NCBI GenBank assembly: GCA_965240325.2
Contig: OZ251243.1
Location: 310,001-374,000, forward strand
Length of the DNA: 64,000 bases
From: Rebecca billardiae RCC1528
Lineage: Eukaryota > Protista > Haptophyta
Direction: 5' to 3'
Positions 58,228-64,000 of the stretch are shown here, one piece after another (position 1 is the stretch's first letter; each line of letters begins with the position of its first letter). A program made the position numbers and the translations under genes. Below the pieces are notes generated by a model. It did no database searches. It saw only the letters and a list, made by a program, of their open reading frames with translations, and was not told the DNA's origin.

Positions 58228-60156
58228 ATGTGGCCCGCGCTCGCGGCGGGTGCGCTGTTCGCGCTCGCGGCGGACGGCATTCTCCACGGCGCGCGGGACG
58301 ACGCGCCGCCGCCGATGCCCCTCGCCCACCGCGTCGGCGAGAGCAGCCGGCCGCAGCCCAACTGCTCCATCGTCATCGACCGGCACAACCACAAGACGGG
58401 CGGCACGACGATGCGCGACATCTTCCTGCACAACATGCACGCGGGCGCGTGCCTGTACTGGGGGTACGGCCCGGCGGCGGACATGTGGGAGCGCTTCCTG
58501 GCGTACCTCGAGGCGAGCCCGCCCGACGGCGCCACCCTCTTCCGCATGTGCATCGAGGCGCACTTCCGCGTGAGCTACTTTGAGCGATCGGTGCCGAGGC
58601 TCGCGGCTGTGCGCGCCGCTGCGGCGCAGCGCGGGTGCACGCTGACGCTGGTGACGCGCTTGCGCGAGCCGCTGTCGTTCTACCTCTCGTACTACCGCTG
58701 GGCCATCATGGGCCGGCAGCGCGCGGCCCTCGAGTGCGAGCGCGCGCGCGCCGAGGGCGGGCACCGGACGGCCAACATGCCGCCTGGGCTGAGCTGTCCG
58801 CCCGAGCCGCAGCCCGAGGGGCTGGCGGCCGAGTGGGCGTGGGGGCGCGACTTCACGGAGTGGGCGCGGCGCACGCCGAACCTGCAGTCCCGCCTCCTCC
58901 TCGACGCCGGCGCGTCGCGCTGCGTCGAGCAGCCGCACCGGCCCGGCTGCGCGGCCGAGCGCGCGCGCGGCGCCGGCGGGTCATTTGGCAGCCCGGAGCG
59001 CGCGCGGCTGCACTCGATGCTCGAGCGCTTCGACGTGGTGGGCACGACGGAGGCGTTCGACGCGCAGCTGCTGCTCGTGCAGCAGCGCACGGGGCTCCCC
59101 GACGTGCGCTACGCGCGCGCCTCGCCCAGCTTCCGCTACCTGCCGCCGGGCGAGCCGCCGCTGCCGCTCGACCACCCGAGCGTCTGCGCCAACCACTCCG
59201 CGTGCGTGGCGCTCGTGCAAGCGGTCGCGCCGTACGACCACGAGCTGTACGCGCGGTTCGGCGCGGGGCTCGACGCGCGCGCGGCGGAGGCGCTGGGCGG
59301 CGAGGCCGCGCTCCACTCGCGCCTCTCGCGGCTGCGCGAGCGCGTGCGCGCGCTCGAGGCGCTCAGGAGAGCGCTGGACGAGGACGCGAGCGCGCGCGAC
59401 GCGGCGCAGCGCAGACGGCAGGCGTGGCGCGTGGCGCGGCAGCAGGCGCGGGGGCAGCGGCCGCACGGGCCGAAGCAGCCGCGCGCGCCGAGCGAGGCGC
59501 CGCCGGCCGTGCCCCTCGGGCCGTGGGCGTACCACCCGTCCACGCGCTCGCAGGTCTCGCTCCGGCGCGTGTGCCGGCTGCACAAGTCCACGCCGCCCGC
59601 GCGCGCGCGCTCGTCCTCGCCGCCCGCAGGCGCAGACGGCAGCGGGCGCGGCGGGGGCGGTGCGGGCCGTGAGGCCGTCGGCGCCCAGCAGGCTCCGCAT
59701 GGGGCGGGCGACGGTTATGCGCGCGGCGGGACCGCGTGCATGCCCGTGCCGGCGGCGGTGGCCCGCATCTGGCAGCAGGAGATTTCTCGCAAGACGCAGA
59801 GGCCGGCGCGTAACGGTTTAAGTAACGGCGTGGTGCTCTCGATGGAAGAGAGCTCGCCGCGGCTGGACACTGTCCGGGCGTTTGCCACGTGGGCGAGGGG
59901 GCACCGTGGGGTTGTGATGGCGGCGGAGCTGCCCCTCGTCCCGCCGGCGTGCCCGGAGCATGCTGCTGCCGGCGGCATTGAGCAGCGGCTTGGCGCGCCG
60001 CTGCCGAGAGCGGGACGAGACGCTGCCAACGTGAGCGCGGACGCCGAAGGCCCCGGGGCCGGGCACGGCGGGCTGTCCGATGAAGTGACCAATGCCCGTC
60101 GGCTCGGTGCGGCAGCGACGAACAAACTGCTGCTGTGTTTGCCAGGCGGCGGCTGA
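58228..60156 (+). CDS. Sulfotransferase-like protein with signal/anchor
   Basis: HNHKTGGTTMR, VTRLREPLSFYLSYY, NLQSR, FDVVGTTEAFD and APYDHELY. Confidence 0.78.
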   Translation: MWPALAAGALFALAADGILHGARDDAPPPMPLAHRVGESSRPQPNCSIVIDRHNHKTGGTTMRDIFLHNMHAGACLYWGYGPAADMWERFLAYLEASPPDGATLFRMCIEAHFRVSYFERSVPRLAAVRAAAAQRGCTLTLVTRLREPLSFYLSYYRWAIMGRQRAALECERARAEGGHRTANMPPGLSCPPEPQPEGLAAEWAWGRDFTEWARRTPNLQSRLLLDAGASRCVEQPHRPGCAAERARGAGGSFGSPERARLHSMLERFDVVGTTEAFDAQLLLVQQRTGLPDVRYARASPSFRYLPPGEPPLPLDHPSVCANHSACVALVQAVAPYDHELYARFGAGLDARAAEALGGEAALHSRLSRLRERVRALEALRRALDEDASARDAAQRRRQAWRVARQQARGQRPHGPKQPRAPSEAPPAVPLGPWAYHPSTRSQVSLRRVCRLHKSTPPARARSSSPPAGADGSGRGGGGAGREAVGAQQAPHGAGDGYARGGTACMPVPAAVARIWQQEISRKTQRPARNGLSNGVVLSMEESSPRLDTVRAFATWARGHRGVVMAAELPLVPPACPEHAAAGGIEQRLGAPLPRAGRDAANVSADAEGPGAGHGGLSDEVTNARRLGAAATNKLLLCLPGGG

Positions 60157-60406
60157 TATTATTCGTCTCATCACTCGTTCCGCGTTCGTATACTGCAGTT
60201 GACGTACGAGTCTCCAGCACGGCGACAGCTGACACCTGCTGACACCGCGCGCACCGGCGGCGCGGCTCGCTGCCTCGCAGCGTCGCCGAGTGAGTGGGCA
60301 GGCAGTGTGACTCAGTGAGACTGACTGTTTGGGCCGCAGTGGGCAAGCTGCAAGCCAGAATGAATCGTCAAGCAGCGCAAGGAATCAAACCACCCGCCGC
60401 ACCAGC

Positions 60407-61855
60407 ATGGCGGACGCGCTCAAGGTCGCACGCGATTTCTCGTGTGGCCGGCACTACGTGGCGGCGCGCGACATCGAGCCCGGCGAGCTGCTGCTCGAGT
60501 GCGAGCCCGACGTGTGGGCCCCGGTGTGGCCCTGCCCCCTCGACGACGCGGCGCTGAGCGCGCCCGAGCTCGCCGCGCTTCGGCGCGACGCCGGGATCGC
60601 CGCGCCAGCGGACGATGAGGATTCAGTCGCCTCCACGCTCGCGCCCGCGTGGCTGCTCGGCGTGCGCGCGGCGCTCGCGGCAGAGGGCACGTGGAGCTCG
60701 CTCCTCACGCTCGACGACAACCGCTCGCTCCGCAGCCCCGCCGACCAGGCCGTCGTGCGCGCGGCGGCGGCGCGACTGTGCACAGCACTCGGCGACCGAC
60801 CGGACCGGCCGGCGGCAGCGCTCGAGCGGCTGCTCGGCGCGATCCTAGTGAACAGCTTTGGCACGAGCGCGAGCGGTGCGGGTGCGCCCGACGGCATCGG
60901 GCTGTACGTCCGCGCCGCATTCTTCAACCACAGCTGCTGCGCCAACGCGCTGTGCGACCACACTCGCGCCGACCGCCGGCTGGGCGTGCGGGCGGCCATG
61001 CTGATCCGGGCGGGCGAGCCGGTGGTCATCAGCTACGTGGACACGCTCGAGCCGACGTACACGCGGCGCGCGCAGCTCGCGCGCACGAAGAACTTCCGCT
61101 GCGAGTGTGCGCGCTGCGTCGACCCGCTCGAGCTCGACGCGTGCTGCGCCGCGCTCGCGTGCGGAGCGTGCGCGCGCGGCTGGCAGCTGCCTGAGGCCAT
61201 GGCCGCCGCCGAGGCCGGGGCCGCCGCCGAGGCCGGGGCCGCCGCCGAGGCCGGGGCCGACGCCGCACTCCGCTGGGCCTGCGCCGCGTGCGCCCACGTG
61301 ACCGCCGCGCGCGAGGTGCTCGCCTGGGACCGCGCGCTGCGCGCGCAGCTCGGCGCCGCCCTACGCGCCGCGCGCGCGGAGCCCGGCCAGCCCTCCGGCC
61401 CCGCGGCGGCGGCGCTCGGCGCCGTGCTCGGCGGCGCGCTCCGCCGCTGCCACCCCAACCACGCCATAGTGCTGCAGGCGCGGTTGGCGCTGGCGTCGGT
61501 GTGCCACCCCTCAGTACCCGCCGACGCCGCCGCGGCGCGCGCAAAGCTCGGCGCGCTGGGCGAGGCGCTGGGCGCGCTGGAGCGCGTGGCGCCGCGCTGG
61601 GACCCGCAGCGCGCGGACCTTTGCTTCCAGCGGGGCATGGCCCGACGTGCGCTCGCGTATGGCGGCGCCGCCGGTGACGCCGAGGCGCGGCGGCACGCGC
61701 TGCTGCTCGCTGCTGCGGACTTCCGCACCGCGCTCGCGCAGTTCAGGGGCTGCCACGGCGACGAGCACAAGGGGGCGCGCGCCGCGCACGCGCTGGCCAC
61801 CATGTCCCTGCGCGAGGCGCACCAACCCGCCGCCGCGTCGGCGAGCACGGCGTGA
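60407..61855 (+). CDS. SMYD-like SET-domain lysine methyltransferase (no evident MYND)
   Basis: GRHYVAARDIEPGELLL.CEP, FFNHSCCANA, ISYVD and RRAQL..KNFRCECARC. Confidence 0.88.
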   Translation: MADALKVARDFSCGRHYVAARDIEPGELLLECEPDVWAPVWPCPLDDAALSAPELAALRRDAGIAAPADDEDSVASTLAPAWLLGVRAALAAEGTWSSLLTLDDNRSLRSPADQAVVRAAAARLCTALGDRPDRPAAALERLLGAILVNSFGTSASGAGAPDGIGLYVRAAFFNHSCCANALCDHTRADRRLGVRAAMLIRAGEPVVISYVDTLEPTYTRRAQLARTKNFRCECARCVDPLELDACCAALACGACARGWQLPEAMAAAEAGAAAEAGAAAEAGADAALRWACAACAHVTAAREVLAWDRALRAQLGAALRAARAEPGQPSGPAAAALGAVLGGALRRCHPNHAIVLQARLALASVCHPSVPADAAAARAKLGALGEALGALERVAPRWDPQRADLCFQRGMARRALAYGGAAGDAEARRHALLLAAADFRTALAQFRGCHGDEHKGARAAHALATMSLREAHQPAAASASTA

Positions 61856-61994
61856 CAAGCGGCCCAACAACCCGTGGAACGGCGTCCCGTCGTTCGTTCT
61901 GTGGATGAATTGATGATATGAGTAGTATATGACGCGATGGGAAGACGAACGAAATAAAAAGCGCGCGACGAGCAGCAGTGTCGTCGTTAAATCA

Positions 61995-63650
61995 TAGAAT
62001 GACCGCGTTCCGCGGTCCTTTTCCGTAGAACGAACGTATAGTTCAGGGCCCGCGGTGGCGGTGCACCCTCCATCGCAGTCGTCTATTGACAGACCCGGAG
62101 TTGCATGCCCGTACAACTAGACTCCAGCGGCGCGCCGCCGCCCGCCGCGCCCGCCGGGGCGCGGGCCCATCGGCGCACTTCGCAGCCGCCGGCGCGGCGC
62201 CGATTGTGTACAGGCGGATGCGACGAGGCGTGATCGACGCATGAGCGCGACTCCACGTGCACGCCAGGCCACGCGAAGCTGACAGCCAGGGAGCACGGTG
62301 CGGGGCCGCGGATTCGTTCGGGCCGCTGCTGCTGACTGACCGCTGTCCCGCCGCGGGTCACCGCGCACCGCGGCAGCGCCAGGATAGTTAGGTGATTTGC
62401 ACTGGTCCGAGTAGGGTTCGACCAGCGCCTGCGCGACGGCCGACAGGCGGGCGCGAGGCGTGATCGACGCATGAGCGCAACTCGACGTGCACGCCAGGCC
62501 ACGCGGAGCTGACAGCCCGAGGGAGCACGGTGCCGAGGTCGGAGGTGCGACTGGGCACCAGTCACGGATCGTTCGCGCACGCCGCGCGTGCACGGGCTGA
62601 CACACCTCGATCAGGCTCGGCACGCGTTGCAGAGGCACAGCCAGCTCTGGGGACGTCACGCACCACCGTCGCCCGCGCAGCTCGTCCTCCTCGTAGAGTA
62701 CCGTTCAGTTCCGAGGCGTAGCCCTCGCTCAGAGTCGACCGTCGACGATGGACTCGGATCGTCGGCGCTCCCCGGAAAGGCATGGCAAGGGCGGCGCGTG
62801 GTGAAGTCGAAGACTCAGAGATCGATCAGTCCGGCATCAGGCGCCGCTGCCCCCGAGCTTGCGAGAGCCCGAATACAGGGCGGCTGCCGCGGCGCGGCCG
62901 GGGCGCCTAGGCCGCCGACCGGCGCGCGGCCGCGCGCAGGCATCGACACGGGGCGGCGGGGGCGCGCGGAGTGAGCGGGGGCACGAACGCGATGTCGACG
63001 GCAGTCGGGACCCGCCGCAGCCGCGCGCTCCAGGCGCAACTCGCCGCGCGCACCTGCCCATCGCCGTCCTCACCCGTCGGTCGCTCGTCAGCTCGCCTCA
63101 TCCTCTCGCGGTCTCGCCGCAGCCGTGGCGTAGAAAACGCGGGCCCGCGCGTCCCGGCTCCCGCTCCGGTGTCAGATAGTATTGAGATTCGCCGAGGTTG
63201 GCCCATCGGCTACTGACCCTTGCCTCGTCGGCTCCTGATACAGACACGGCGCGATTGAATAGTTGATTCAACTGATTCAAGGGACGTACATGGTCACATC
63301 GGTTCGCGGCAATCTCTATCTAGATACGTCATCGCTCCTTGGACCTTGCTGCAATCTCATTGGCCGGAAAAATCGCTTGTAACGGTTCGTTACGTTAGGG
63401 ATCCTAAATTAAGGGCGTGAAGTTTTTTGGACGGGCGTCACTCCACGCTTTACTATGAACTTGCCGTGGGCGCGACCTTTTTCGGCCGTGATGCATGTTA
63501 GAGAGGGTCTCAAAATTCGAAACTCGGTCTCCTCCAGCCATGAAAATCGTCCCCCGTCCCTTTTTTCTTGATCAAAGATCTTTTTGAAACGTTGTTCGGG
63601 CCCGCTGGTGCGGGCTCCACGCTGCGCGCTCCGCCCTGCACCGCGGGCCA
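61995..63650 (-). mobile_element. Non-autonomous Helentron/Helitron2-like element, copy 2 (inverted)
   Basis: Hairpin at 62001-62017, subTIR at about 62047, 5' TIR at 63637-63650. 63425-63650 is the reverse-complement homologue of 10916-11140. Confidence 0.7.
62224..62533. repeat. Two ~78-bp imperfect direct repeats (62224-62301, 62454-62533)
   Basis: cgaggcgtgatcgacgcatgagcgc...gggagcacggtgc occurs twice. Confidence 0.85.
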
Positions 63651-63689
63651 TGAGTCCTTGTCAGGAGTGACCGTTCGACACGGCACACG

Positions 63690-64000
63690 ATGGCAGCCGA
63701 CGATCCGTCGAAGGCGGCGGCGCGCTCCATGTTGAGACCCCACGCGCTGCCGTCGCGCGTGCCCTTCTCCGAGCTGACGGAGCTCTCGCTCGCGACCGCA
63801 GTCTCGCACGACGTCGCCCGCCAGCGAGACAGCTGGCGCGCACAGTGCGACGCCGCCGAGCACGAGCTCGAGCTTCTCGAGGCGTCGACGGAGCGCACGG
63901 TGGCGCAGCTCGAGCAGCCGGTCGAGGCGGCGCTGCTGCTGCTCGGCCAGCTCACCGCGCTGCTCGCACGCGTGGAGGCGCAGGACGAGACCGCTCTCTC
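63690..64000 (+). CDS. Coiled-coil protein, 3'-truncated by window edge
   Basis: Open frame MAADDPSKAAARSMLRPH...AAEHELELLEASTERTVAQLEQ runs to the end of the window. Confidence 0.55.
   Translation, partial: MAADDPSKAAARSMLRPHALPSRVPFSELTELSLATAVSHDVARQRDSWRAQCDAAEHELELLEASTERTVAQLEQPVEAALLLLGQLTALLARVEAQDETAL

Noticed and set aside
1-64000. Hundreds of overlapping Arg/Ala/Pro-rich ORFs, including antisense shadows and the 13228 upstream extension of the LTD gene
   Set aside because: Expected from very high GC and scarce stop codons; they carry no recognisable motifs.

Overview
Very GC-rich eukaryotic nuclear DNA with spliceosomal introns. A bipartite plastid presequence points to an alga with a secondary red plastid; a haptophyte is my inference. 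About 20 protein genes are present, many in tight head-to-head pairs: ShKT-cyclophilin (CYP23-like), peptidase S51-like, COG4, three sulfotransferases, a 4xLTD/Pro-rich surface protein, ankyrin, ATP-grasp, F-box-like, COMMD9, GDP-sugar transporter, LpqC-like esterase, PX protein, GNAT, RING1, PSRP6-like, RTEL1 and a SET protein. Four items stand out. (1) A 5.1 kb insertion bounded by a perfect 79-bp direct repeat carries a 10x38-aa EsV-1-7 Cys/His repeat protein with combinatorially shuffled variable residues, plus a nested MITE and a Helentron-like element whose sister copy lies at about 62-63.65 kb. (2) A putative receptor combines a PA-like domain, seven TM helices and a cytosolic TIR/HET-like domain. 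(3) An intact H+-pyrophosphatase paralogue has every catalytic motif I could align neutralised and a ~90-copy heptamer satellite in one intron. (4) Splice donors follow a G(T/C)GCG consensus. All family assignments come from motif recognition by eye; no searches were run.
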